Shown one piece after another: positions 18,635-25,916 of a stretch of DNA of 64,000 nt. The notes under the pieces are model-generated. The model ran no database searches. It saw only the letters and a list, made by a program, of their open reading frames with translations, and was not told where the DNA came from. The stretch covers positions 96,001 through 160,000 of the IMG/VR virus record IMGVR_UViG_2974670102_000001, one strand, 5' to 3'. Position numbers and translations under genes: made by a program. Source of the DNA: a virus. Its lineage: Duplodnaviria > Caudoviricetes. Positions within the stretch are counted from its first letter, which is position 1. Each line of letters starts with the position of its first letter.

Positions 18635-19071
18635 TGCCGATCTACAGAGAAGGTATCGATCTTGACCAGTATGTCTCGACTTGGGACGAACCGGACAGCG
18701 TTGAGGGTTTAGGCTACTGCTACCGATACACGGACGTGAAGTACAGTCCGGGTGTAGACGAGTGGGATGATCCGCTTCCACGCTCGCCCGGGACCCACTT
18801 GGGCATTCACGTGCACGAATACAAGGTGCTGCGTGAAACCAAGTGCGGCTTCTGGTTCTACGACACTTACGAGGGCCGTGAGCGCTTCATCAACAACTCG
18901 TGGACCAAGAAGCATGCGCTCCGTTCGAAGGAAGCGGCACGCGATTCGTATATCGCGCGCAAGGAAAAGCAGATCACGCTGCTCAAGCGTCAGATAATCG
19001 ACGCCGAAGAGTTCTTGCGCATGGCCCGTGACCAACAAGCGCGCGGCGTCGCCCAATCTATCTGGAGGTAA
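18634..19071 (+). CDS. Hypothetical protein
   Basis: 145 aa, TGATG coupling. Confidence 0.7.
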   Translation: MPIYREGIDLDQYVSTWDEPDSVEGLGYCYRYTDVKYSPGVDEWDDPLPRSPGTHLGIHVHEYKVLRETKCGFWFYDTYEGRERFINNSWTKKHALRSKEAARDSYIARKEKQITLLKRQIIDAEEFLRMARDQQARGVAQSIWR

Positions 19072-19072
19072 C

Positions 19073-19483
19073 ATGGGTCTGGAATACTACGCACTGAACC
19101 ACGCACGCGCCGAAGCCGTGTCGTTGGGTCGCCTCGGCTTTCGCTTCGACGCGTTGCTGAACGTGACGGACCAAGCGGAGTTCGAGCGTGCGTGTTTCGA
19201 ATCGCTGGTCGCGTCCGGTTTCGACTATGCACGCGCTGCCGAGTTCGCACACGACTTCTACGATTTCGGGGCCGACGAAATATGGAACGACGGACAGGAC
19301 GTGTACGAATATTTCTCGTGCTACCGCGTGGTCGACGCGCTCGACCACGAAGAGATCGGGAGCAAGCTCGGTGACTACTTCGTGCGGTCCGGTATGCTTC
19401 CGGTCGAGGCCCTGAGTCTGCGTCACCCGCGCGTGCAGATTGTGCTGGGCCGAGCCAAGATCACGCAACCCAATTTGAATTGA
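19073..19483 (+). CDS. Hypothetical protein
   Basis: MGLEYYALNH..., GGAGG RBS. Confidence 0.7.
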   Translation: MGLEYYALNHARAEAVSLGRLGFRFDALLNVTDQAEFERACFESLVASGFDYARAAEFAHDFYDFGADEIWNDGQDVYEYFSCYRVVDALDHEEIGSKLGDYFVRSGMLPVEALSLRHPRVQIVLGRAKITQPNLN

Positions 19484-19487
19484 CCTG

Positions 19488-19516
19488 TTGACGGTGTAGT
19501 AAAGACAGCGTATAGT
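19488..19516 (+). promoter_or_regulatory. Sigma70 promoter driving the tRNA island
   Basis: TTGACG-17 nt-TATAGT, 9 nt before the first tRNA. Confidence 0.75.
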
Positions 19517-19525
19517 TCAGGACTC

Positions 19526-19602
19526 GGGCGGTTAGCTCAGGGGTTAGCAGCGTTCGGCTCATAACCGAGGGGTCGCGGGTTCGAATCCCGCACCGCCCAC
19601 CA
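19526..19602 (+). tRNA. tRNA-Met or Ile2 (CAT)
   Basis: GGGCGGT/ACCGCCC acceptor, loop CTCATAA, TTCGAAT, CCA. Confidence 0.9.
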
Positions 19603-19658
19603 CACAGAATAGGAGGCAATCATGAGTAGATTCTAGTGAACCAACTGGAGGTGTTCTC

Positions 19659-19946
19659 ATGAAAGCAAAAGCGTTTTACCATCGTGTTTGTAACTACGGC
19701 CCGGGCGGCTACCACTGCCCGTGCTGTGGTCCCGCACCGAGCATGCGTCGTAAGGAGCGTCAGCAACAACGACGCAAGTTCCATCGACTGCTTGACGTTC
19801 TGGACAAGTTTGACACCGAAGTCGAAATCGAATACGACAACCTCGTGCTCAACGATTTCGACGACGAGCGTCACGACTACTACAACGGCTGGGGCGGTGA
19901 TCCCAGCCTGCACGATGAGTGGAAGGATTGGAAGAAGGCAGCTTGA
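19659..19946 (+). CDS. Small protein with GPGGxxCPCC motif, basic then acidic
   Basis: 95 aa, GGAGG RBS. Confidence 0.7.
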   Translation: MKAKAFYHRVCNYGPGGYHCPCCGPAPSMRRKERQQQRRKFHRLLDVLDKFDTEVEIEYDNLVLNDFDDERHDYYNGWGGDPSLHDEWKDWKKAA

Positions 19947-20010
19947 CCGTACTGCACCGCAAAGCCTTAGATGCGGTGTGCCGCGAGAACGTGAGCGGTG
20001 CAGTGCACCT

Positions 20011-20096
20011 GCCCGGGTGGCGGAATTGCTAGACGCGACGGACTCAAAATCCGTTGGCCCTAGGCCGTGTGGGTTGGAGTCCCACCCCGGGCACCA
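20011..20096 (+). tRNA. tRNA-Leu (CAA)
   Basis: GCCCGGG acceptor, ACGGA-CTCAAAA-TCCGT, variable arm, CCA; atypical T-loop TTGGAGT. Confidence 0.85.
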
Positions 20097-20098
20097 TC

Positions 20099-20123
20099 GC
20101 GAGGGTGGCGAAATTGGTAGACG
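20099..20123 (+). pseudogene. 5' fragment of an interrupted tRNA-Leu-type gene
   Basis: GCGAGGG-TG-GCGAAATTGGTAGACG; acceptor strand pairs with 21300-21306. Confidence 0.8.
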
Positions 20124-20177
20124 TGGCGAAATTGGTAATCCCCAATTTTATTTCAGTAACCAACGTGGAGAAGATTC

Positions 20178-20888
20178 ATGCTAGAACTGAAAAACGACAT
20201 GCCGATTTTGGCCAAGAAGTTGTCCGGTGTGTATGGTCACGAGATTCGTATCATCGGGCCGTACGTGGACAAGAGAAACGGGCGTAAGCTCGTGGACATA
20301 AAGGGTGCGCCCCGTTCCTCGGGAATTAACAAAACCGTGCAGCTTGCACGTGCGCGCCTAGAAGTAAAGCTTGGTCGACGCCTTGTCGATGACGAGACTG
20401 TCGACCACAAGAACAACGATTGCACGGATGACCGTCCGAGCAATCTTCAGTTGCTGACGCACGCAGAGAACTCGGCAAAGCAGACGAAGGAAACGCGTAG
20501 TCGCTCGGCTGAAGCGTCTCGCACCGCCGAGGCGCGTTCCGCTAACAGCAAACGCAATACAGGTGAGAAGAATCAAGCTGCCGTCCTTACCGATACTGAA
20601 GTGAAAAGGTTTCGCACACTTTTCAGTAAGGGTAAAATGACGGTCAAGCAAATCGAAGATGCGTCGGAGTTGACAAATCGTTCGGTTCGTAATATGCTTG
20701 ACGGCCTGTCGTACAAAACGGCAGGCGGACCGCTCCGCATAGCAGGCTCTGTTGGTCGCGCATCCTCGTTGTCAGAGAAGCACAGGCAGTACATAGCGAA
20801 TCACGCAGAACTGTCAGCCGCGCAGATTGCAGAAGAACTTGACGTGAGTAGGTATGCAGTGATACGATACCGACGCACGCTTAACTAA
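20178..20888 (+). CDS. HNH homing endonuclease with C-terminal HTH-like region
   Basis: LGRRL...ETVDHKNNDCTDDRPSNLQLLTHAEN. Confidence 0.85.
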   Translation: MLELKNDMPILAKKLSGVYGHEIRIIGPYVDKRNGRKLVDIKGAPRSSGINKTVQLARARLEVKLGRRLVDDETVDHKNNDCTDDRPSNLQLLTHAENSAKQTKETRSRSAEASRTAEARSANSKRNTGEKNQAAVLTDTEVKRFRTLFSKGKMTVKQIEDASELTNRSVRNMLDGLSYKTAGGPLRIAGSVGRASSLSEKHRQYIANHAELSAAQIAEELDVSRYAVIRYRRTLN

Positions 20889-20889
20889 C

Positions 20890-20976
20890 GGGAGTGTGCT
20901 GGAATTGGTAGACGGAACGGATTTAGATTCCGTAGGCCGCAAGGTCGTGTGGGTTCGAATCCCATCACTCCCACCA
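20890..20976 (+). tRNA. tRNA-Leu (TAG)
   Basis: GGGAGTG/CACTCCC, ACGGA-TTTAGAT-TCCGT, variable arm, CCA. Confidence 0.9.
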
Positions 20977-21006
20977 CTACACGAAATTTTAGTTAAAGGT
21001 ATTTAA

Positions 21007-21246
21007 GTGCCGCCAAGCATCGAACAGGTAAAACTTATACTCAGATCAGCAGCATTGTCTCCGAGCAGCAGTCAGTTGTCTATTTCTGGCTTTGACGATA
21101 TCATGAAGGCAGCAGAGGAAGCCTATTGTGGAGATAGCCGAGCCATGCTCACAAACGTCCGGGAAATTGCCTTGCAGTTTCCGGACAATACGATGATGAT
21201 GACGATTTTGGCGCTGTATTCTGAATCCATGCTGAGTATGCATTAA
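21007..21246 (+). CDS. Hypothetical protein within the HNH cassette
   Basis: 79 aa, visibly lower GC, AAAGGT RBS. Confidence 0.55.
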   Translation: MPPSIEQVKLILRSAALSPSSSQLSISGFDDIMKAAEEAYCGDSRAMLTNVREIALQFPDNTMMMTILALYSESMLSMH

Positions 21247-21260
21247 GCGCAATCCCCACA

Positions 21261-21310
21261 GTCCTGCCGGTCGAAAGGCCGTGAGGGTTCGAATCCCTTT
21301 CCTCGCACCA
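21261..21310 (+). pseudogene. 3' fragment of the interrupted tRNA-Leu-type gene
   Basis: Variable arm GGTC-GAAA-GGCC, GAGGG-TTCGAAT-CCCTT, TCCTCGC-ACCA. Confidence 0.8.
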
Positions 21311-21404
21311 CTTTGGATTGTAGGCGTAAATCGAGCGGGACTTCCCCACCCACTCGATTAGGTATGGTACACCTTATAGACCGTCGCCTACAATCCAAAG
21401 TGGT
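21307..21404 (+). ncRNA. Putative structured RNA closed by a perfect 20-bp stem
   Basis: ACCACTTTGGATTGTAGGCG / CGCCTACAATCCAAAGTGGT with internal hairpins. Confidence 0.5.
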
Positions 21405-21477
21405 TGTGGTAAAGATGTAGTGTGCTTTGCCTTTGAAGCGCGGGCGCTGTGGTTCTCAGGCCACGACAGCGCCCAAC

Positions 21478-21553
21478 GCCGGTTTAGCTCAGTTGGTAGA
21501 GCAGCGCCCTTGTAAAGCGCAGGTCACGGGTTCGAGCCCTGTAACCGGCACCA
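21478..21553 (+). tRNA. tRNA-Thr (TGT)
   Basis: GCCGGTT/AACCGGC, loop CTTGTAA, CCA. Confidence 0.9.
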
Positions 21554-21577
21554 CTAAACAATAACAACGAGGTTGTG

Positions 21578-21916
21578 ATGAATACGCATGAGGCTTACGA
21601 GATCGTCGATAGACTGACGCCGGTATCGGTCAGGAACCTCGAAGACGCGTACGTACGGTTCATGGAAATGGCGCTTCTGGTCGATCCACACCCGGAGACT
21701 GAAGACCGGGCCACACGGGATCGTGAGACATACACTGAATTCCTGCTACCGCCCGACGAGAACGGCAATCCCGTGATTTCGGTCCCGGGCATGCACCAGT
21801 TTCTGTCCAAGATCACGGGCCATCCACTACAAACCTGCGTAGCCTTCGACTATGTTGACTTCCATCGCGTGCACGGCACGACGGTAGAGGACGCGGAACT
21901 CGCTGGCTACGTTTAA
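21578..21916 (+). CDS. Hypothetical protein
   Basis: GAGG RBS. Confidence 0.7.
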   Translation: MNTHEAYEIVDRLTPVSVRNLEDAYVRFMEMALLVDPHPETEDRATRDRETYTEFLLPPDENGNPVISVPGMHQFLSKITGHPLQTCVAFDYVDFHRVHGTTVEDAELAGYV

Positions 21917-21925
21917 GGACGGACC

Positions 21926-22138
21926 ATGGAAGAAGACGCATACAGGTTCAGTGTGGCAGCGCTCAAAAGCGAGTACGACGCTGAACTGCTCGAACTGCGC
22001 AAGACAGTGCTTGAAGGTCGCGGTGACGTTGCTGGGTTTATCAAACTCAAGGAGTCGCTTGACTCAAGGCTGAAGGACCGCGTTAGCGCGGTTACTGGCG
22101 CACGCAGTCAAACACAGAACAAGTTGCTGTACAACTGA
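21926..22138 (+). CDS. Hypothetical protein
   Basis: 70 aa, AAGGA RBS. Confidence 0.65.
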   Translation: MEEDAYRFSVAALKSEYDAELLELRKTVLEGRGDVAGFIKLKESLDSRLKDRVSAVTGARSQTQNKLLYN

Positions 22139-22144
22139 ACAAGA

Positions 22145-22221
22145 CTCCGCTTAGCTCAGCCCGGTAGAGTACGTGATTTGGGATCACGGGGTCGCAGGTT
22201 CAAATCCTGTAGCGGAGACCA
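22145..22221 (+). tRNA. tRNA-Pro (TGG)
   Basis: CTCCGCT/AGCGGAG, CGTGA-TTTGGGA-TCACG, CCA. Confidence 0.9.
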
Positions 22222-22239
22222 CACAACATAGGAGGTGTC

Positions 22240-22590
22240 TTGGAAACCACTTACGACTACAGCCTTACGTTCGACCTGACTGACATCATCGTGTTCGTTC
22301 TGATCGCGATCATGATCAAGATGGTCATCGACATCGTGCGTGAGCGCATGCGAATACGCAGGCTCCGACGCGACATGGGGGCAAACGGCAATCTTCCGTG
22401 CATCACGATCTCGGGTAACGACGATGTGTCGATCTCGGGTCTTGTGTACGAAGGGCGGCCCATCCCCTCGGTCGATATCAAGAACAAAGCGCTGTTCGTC
22501 GACGGTCAGTTCAAGCGCCGCCTCGCCCGCAACAGCCGTGTCTACAACCGTGGCATCGGAATCTTCGCGGACGGCAAGTACATGGGGTAA
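22240..22590 (+). CDS. Membrane-anchored hypothetical protein
   Basis: One TM segment (IIVFVLIAIMI), AGGAGG RBS. Confidence 0.7.
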   Translation: METTYDYSLTFDLTDIIVFVLIAIMIKMVIDIVRERMRIRRLRRDMGANGNLPCITISGNDDVSISGLVYEGRPIPSVDIKNKALFVDGQFKRRLARNSRVYNRGIGIFADGKYMG

Positions 22591-22594
22591 TACC

Positions 22595-23059
22595 ATGCGC
22601 AGTATCTTTCACATTTCGGTCGGCTCCGATAACTGGAACCCGACCGAGGACGAACTTGCGGGCATCGTCCGCAAGTTCAAAGAACTGGAAGCAAAGCAGG
22701 GTCAGCGTCAACAGCTTCCCGATACCCGCAAGATCATCCACATCAGTGTGGGTGCTGAGGATTGGACGCCTACCGCAGACGAACTGTTGGCCATCGTCAA
22801 TCAGTTCCAGTATGCAGACCTCGATCCGCTCGGTGGGTGGATTGCGACGCGTCACGGTATCAAAGTCACTGACATCGAGACCGCCGCACAGCCCACGCTG
22901 GTGGTGAACGGCACGACCCACGAAAGCGAGGCTCGTGCTTCGCTACGTCAGGACTCCATCGACCGGCTTGAGGCCATCCGCGAAAACCTGCGTACGTTCA
23001 AGCTGAGCACGCTCGATGTCGACACACTGATCAATCGGTTGTCGACGTATCAACTTTAA
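22595..23059 (+). CDS. Portal clip-segment paralog (tandem repeat), 154 aa
   Basis: HISVGAEDWTPTADELLAIVNQFQYADLDPLGGWIATRHGIKVTDI matches portal HLTAGDDKWTPTGEELNALVRTFQQAEYDPLGGWVSTRNAVQAVDI. Confidence 0.8.
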   Translation: MRSIFHISVGSDNWNPTEDELAGIVRKFKELEAKQGQRQQLPDTRKIIHISVGAEDWTPTADELLAIVNQFQYADLDPLGGWIATRHGIKVTDIETAAQPTLVVNGTTHESEARASLRQDSIDRLEAIRENLRTFKLSTLDVDTLINRLSTYQL

Positions 23060-23080
23060 CCGAAAAGCTTAGGACAACAA

Positions 23081-23512
23081 ATGAAACAACTCAACACGCA
23101 ACGCCGCTTCGAATGCCTGACACCGGAAGGTACATGGGTCTCCGTGCACTGGGAGCAACTGGAACCGGGCGACATGATCCGCCTCCTGCCCGCTGTCGGC
23201 ATCACCGAGGACGTTCCGCCGACCGACGTATTCGTCGTCATGGACACGCCTACCGTGAACGTGCGTTCGGTGAACGAAATCCGTGCCGAACAAGCAGCCG
23301 CAGCGCAGCGTGAAGCGCTGGCCAACACGGAAGGTGTCGATGCTATCCAAGCAGCGCAGCGCGATATCGACGCAGCCGTCGAGCAGATGAAGCCGGTAAC
23401 AGAGGCCGTGGCAAAGGTGGCGCACGCAGTAAAGGCCAAGAAGACGCCGAGCCCGAAGGTTCCGGCACCGGCACGCAAGCCGCGCACGCGCAAGGTCGCG
23501 ACGCCGAAGTAA
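23081..23512 (+). CDS. Hypothetical protein with basic C-terminal tail
   Basis: 143 aa, AGGA RBS. Confidence 0.7.
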   Translation: MKQLNTQRRFECLTPEGTWVSVHWEQLEPGDMIRLLPAVGITEDVPPTDVFVVMDTPTVNVRSVNEIRAEQAAAAQREALANTEGVDAIQAAQRDIDAAVEQMKPVTEAVAKVAHAVKAKKTPSPKVPAPARKPRTRKVATPK

Positions 23513-23521
23513 TGGCCGTGT

Positions 23522-23529
23522 AGTAAATA
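23522..23529 (+). promoter_or_regulatory. AGTAAATA motif
   Basis: Intergenic, upstream of tRNA-Tyr. Confidence 0.65.
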
Positions 23530-23624
23530 GGTTGGGTGAGCGCGGAAACGCAATCCCCAATTTGAGTTGTACAGAAAACTAGTGCTGGTTGCCGGATGCA
23601 GTTGTTACCCGGAACAGCACACGC

Positions 23625-23714
23625 GGATGGGTGCCCGAGTGGCTAAAGGGGGCAGACTGTAAATCTGCCGGGCCTCAGTGTCCTACGTTGGTTCGAATCC
23701 AACCTCATCCACCA
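23625..23714 (+). tRNA. tRNA-Tyr (GTA)
   Basis: GCAGA-CTGTAAA-TCTGC, long variable arm, CCA. Confidence 0.9.
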
Positions 23715-23767
23715 GAACATAAGCAGGAGCCCTGAGCATCAGGGCATCAGGGCAACAAGGAAAAGCA

Positions 23768-24049
23768 ATGCCGATTAAGCCGCTGTATGACAAGGTGGTG
23801 GTGCGTACCACCGACACAGACCGTACGACTGTAGGGGGCATCGTGATCCCCGCTGCTTCGCTCAAGGCGAATCAGGCTGTCGTGGTCGCTGTCGGTGACG
23901 GCCACCTTATGCAAGACGGTACGCTTCGACCGCTGTCCGTGAAGGCAGGCGACGTTGTGTACCTCTCGCATGAAGGCTCCGAGATCGAAGTCAACGGTGA
24001 AAAGCTTCGCGTCTTCATCGAAGGCGATCTGATAGGAGTCCTCAACTAA
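23768..24049 (+). CDS. groES: Co-chaperonin GroES
   Basis: IKPLYDKVVV...TVGGIVIP...VVAVGDG...VKAGDVV. Confidence 0.92.
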   Translation: MPIKPLYDKVVVRTTDTDRTTVGGIVIPAASLKANQAVVVAVGDGHLMQDGTLRPLSVKAGDVVYLSHEGSEIEVNGEKLRVFIEGDLIGVLN

Positions 24050-24058
24050 GCAGTACAT

Positions 24059-24135
24059 TCCCCGTGAGCAAGCTAGGCGACTGCACCGGACTGTTAATCC
24101 GGCATTGCGTGGTTCGAATCCACGACGGGGAGCCA
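24059..24135 (+). tRNA. tRNA-Asn (GTT)
   Basis: TCCCCGT/ACGGGGA, CCGGA-CTGTTAA-TCCGG, GCCA. Confidence 0.88.
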
Positions 24136-24139
24136 ATCA

Positions 24140-24242
24140 TGAATAGGTCATGAGTAAGGCAGATCACTCAATCCGGAAACTCAAAAGGTAATCCGGGTAG
24201 CAATGAGCATCCTGTAAGCCGAGACGATGATTGACTTATTCA
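24140..24242 (+). ncRNA. Putative structured spacer RNA
   Basis: 11-bp closing stem TGAATAGGTCA/TGACTTATTCA; fills the Asn-Phe spacer. Confidence 0.4.
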
Positions 24243-24244
24243 GA

Positions 24245-24320
24245 GCGCGGGTAGCTCAGTTGGTAGAGCACCGGACTGAAAATCCGGGTGTCGCTGGTTC
24301 GAGTCCAGCCCTGCGCACCA
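24245..24320 (+). tRNA. tRNA-Phe (GAA)
   Basis: CCGGA-CTGAAAA-TCCGG, canonical D and T arms, CCA. Confidence 0.92.
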
Positions 24321-24326
24321 GCGTTG

Positions 24327-24436
24327 TGATCGAGTGAAAATCGTAGGAAGGGGCCGATTACCCTGACCGCAATCTGTAGGTGGACCGGCTGGCCCTCATC
24401 CTGCTAGTGTAGATTTTTCCCATGTGGTTTCGATCA
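24327..24436 (+). ncRNA. Putative rod-like structured RNA
   Basis: Nested stems TGATCGA/TCGATCA, GAAAATC/GATTTTT, GTAGGA/TCCTGC, GGGCC/GGCCC. Confidence 0.4.
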
Positions 24437-24539
24437 ACTAATCATTGTGTGGTTGTAGCGCACTAAATCAGACGGCCGGGCTCCGGAGCCCGCGTACCAT
24501 ACCACCCCGGATGGAAACCGTTGAATATTCCGGGTCGAT

Positions 24540-24616
24540 AGGGGTGTAGCCAAGTTGGTTAAGGCAACGGATTTTGATTCCGTCATGCGTAGGTTCGAAT
24601 CCTACCGCCCCTTCCA
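24540..24616 (+). tRNA. tRNA-Gln (TTG)
   Basis: AGGGGTG/CGCCCCT, ACGGA-TTTTGAT-TCCGT, CCA. Confidence 0.9.
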
Positions 24617-24694
24617 GAACACGCAGTACTGCTGCCTCCCCCTGCGGTGAAATCCCGAAGGACTTGCGGGCAGCATCGAATAATCAGGACTCCA

Positions 24695-25021
24695 ATGAAC
24701 GCAATCAAGAACGCGACCGCAACAACCTTCGACGCAGATGTCATGAAGGGTGAAGGTCTCATCCTCGTAGACTTCTGGGCACCGTGGTGCGGCCCGTGCA
24801 AGATGCTGGCTCCGACACTGGACAAGATCGCACAAGAGCGCGACGACCTCCAGATCGTGAAGGTCAACGTCGACGAGGAATCCGAGAACGAAGTCGCAAA
24901 GACGTTCGGAGTCCGTGGTATTCCGTCACTCATGCTCGTGCGAAACGGTGCAGTGATCGCGCAACGCGCTGGAGCACTGGCCAAGTCGCAACTGGAAGCA
25001 TGGATCGACGCGAACAAGTAA
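24695..25021 (+). CDS. trxA: Thioredoxin
   Basis: VDFWAPWCGPCK...GVRGIP. Confidence 0.93.
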   Translation: MNAIKNATATTFDADVMKGEGLILVDFWAPWCGPCKMLAPTLDKIAQERDDLQIVKVNVDEESENEVAKTFGVRGIPSLMLVRNGAVIAQRAGALAKSQLEAWIDANK

Positions 25022-25029
25022 CAAGCAGT

Positions 25030-25102
25030 CCTGAGTTAGCTTAGTGGCAAAGCAGCCGGGGTCTGGCGATGGACTACGGTTCGATTCCGTAACTCGGGGC
25101 CA
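25030..25102 (+). ncRNA. tRNA-like RNA lacking a normal anticodon arm
   Basis: Acceptor CCTGAGT/ACTCGGG, D arm GCTT-AGTGGCA-AAGC, T arm TACGG-TTCGATT-CCGTA, GCCA; anticodon region is GCCGG-GGT-CTGGC. Confidence 0.65.
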
Positions 25103-25106
25103 AGAT

Positions 25107-25289
25107 TTCTGCACCGTGGGTTGACCTCCACGGTGATCCGCTAGACGCGGAGGGTCACATCTGGGTATTGCACATGCCCGCTGGCGGTCACCAGCACCTC
25201 CTTGTCGCGCGACGACCGCGATTAATGGGCTACGTCGTATAAGTGGTTGGTTGTCCTGAGCGCACTAGGGCGTTCGGGGTAGTGCAGAA
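25107..25289 (+). ncRNA. Putative multi-hairpin ncRNA
   Basis: Closing stem TTCTGCAC/GTGCAGAA with at least 5 internal hairpins; no credible plus-strand ORF. Confidence 0.45.
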
Positions 25290-25331
25290 GGGTGATAGTC
25301 TGGGTAACCGGTCTATCACCCTTTTGTTTTT
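25288..25331 (+). terminator. Terminator ending the tRNA island transcript
   Basis: AAGGGTGATAG/CTATCACCCTT followed by TTGTTTTT. Confidence 0.8.
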
Positions 25332-25354
25332 GGTTCGTGTTATACTGAGTAGGT

Positions 25355-25362
25355 AGTAAATA
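25355..25362 (+). promoter_or_regulatory. AGTAAATA motif
   Basis: Just after the terminator and before an RBS. Confidence 0.65.
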
Positions 25363-25379
25363 ACCAAAGGAGGTGTCAA

Positions 25380-25568
25380 ATGAAACAAGTGATGATATTG
25401 GCGTCCCTGTTTCTGGCAAGCCTCGTGCTCACAATCGAGTTGCGGCTACACCAGATACCGTACTCGGACCTCGTGATGACGGCGTACACGCTGATCTTCT
25501 TCGCGGTCTGGGCGATGCTCGACTTCAAGGCCATGCGGAGGAAACAGGGTGACAGCAATTCGTATTGA
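25380..25568 (+). CDS. Small membrane protein (2 TM)
   Basis: AAGGAGG RBS, hydrophobic. Confidence 0.7.
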   Translation: MKQVMILASLFLASLVLTIELRLHQIPYSDLVMTAYTLIFFAVWAMLDFKAMRRKQGDSNSY

Positions 25569-25884
25569 ATTCTCGGTGCAGAACATCGGGAACGTGGTGC
25601 GCGAGGCACTGCGCAGCAACCACCGGGTGACCGGAATCTTGGTTCCGCGCAGGCTTGCCGACAAGATTTACGCGTATGTGAGGTCTGAGCAGGTGCCCGG
25701 ACCGGGCCATCCGCTGTACGACCTTTTCAACACTCTCGACGTGAACCACAAGATCGAGGATCGCGTGTACCAGTCCTTCGGTTCGATCATGGGGATTCCC
25801 ATGTACATCGAGCCGTGCATGGTGCCGGAAGAAATCAAGCTGGGAGAGTTCGAGGCGATCCTATACACGACGGCGTTTGCGTAA
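25549..25884 (+). CDS. Hypothetical protein
   Basis: 111 aa. Confidence 0.6.
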   Translation: MTAIRIEFSVQNIGNVVREALRSNHRVTGILVPRRLADKIYAYVRSEQVPGPGHPLYDLFNTLDVNHKIEDRVYQSFGSIMGIPMYIEPCMVPEEIKLGEFEAILYTTAFA

Positions 25885-25916
25885 CGTGTGTTAGTGCTGT
25901 ACAATCCGGGTCCCGC

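Noticed and set aside
20011-20096. tRNA-Leu(CAA) as a pseudogene because of the TTGGA T-loop
   Set aside because: All stems, the anticodon and CCA are intact; only a single variant base.
20124-21260. Group I intron in tRNA-Leu
   Set aside because: No recognisable P/Q/R/S core, the anticodon is absent from the flanks, and the insert contains a whole tRNA.
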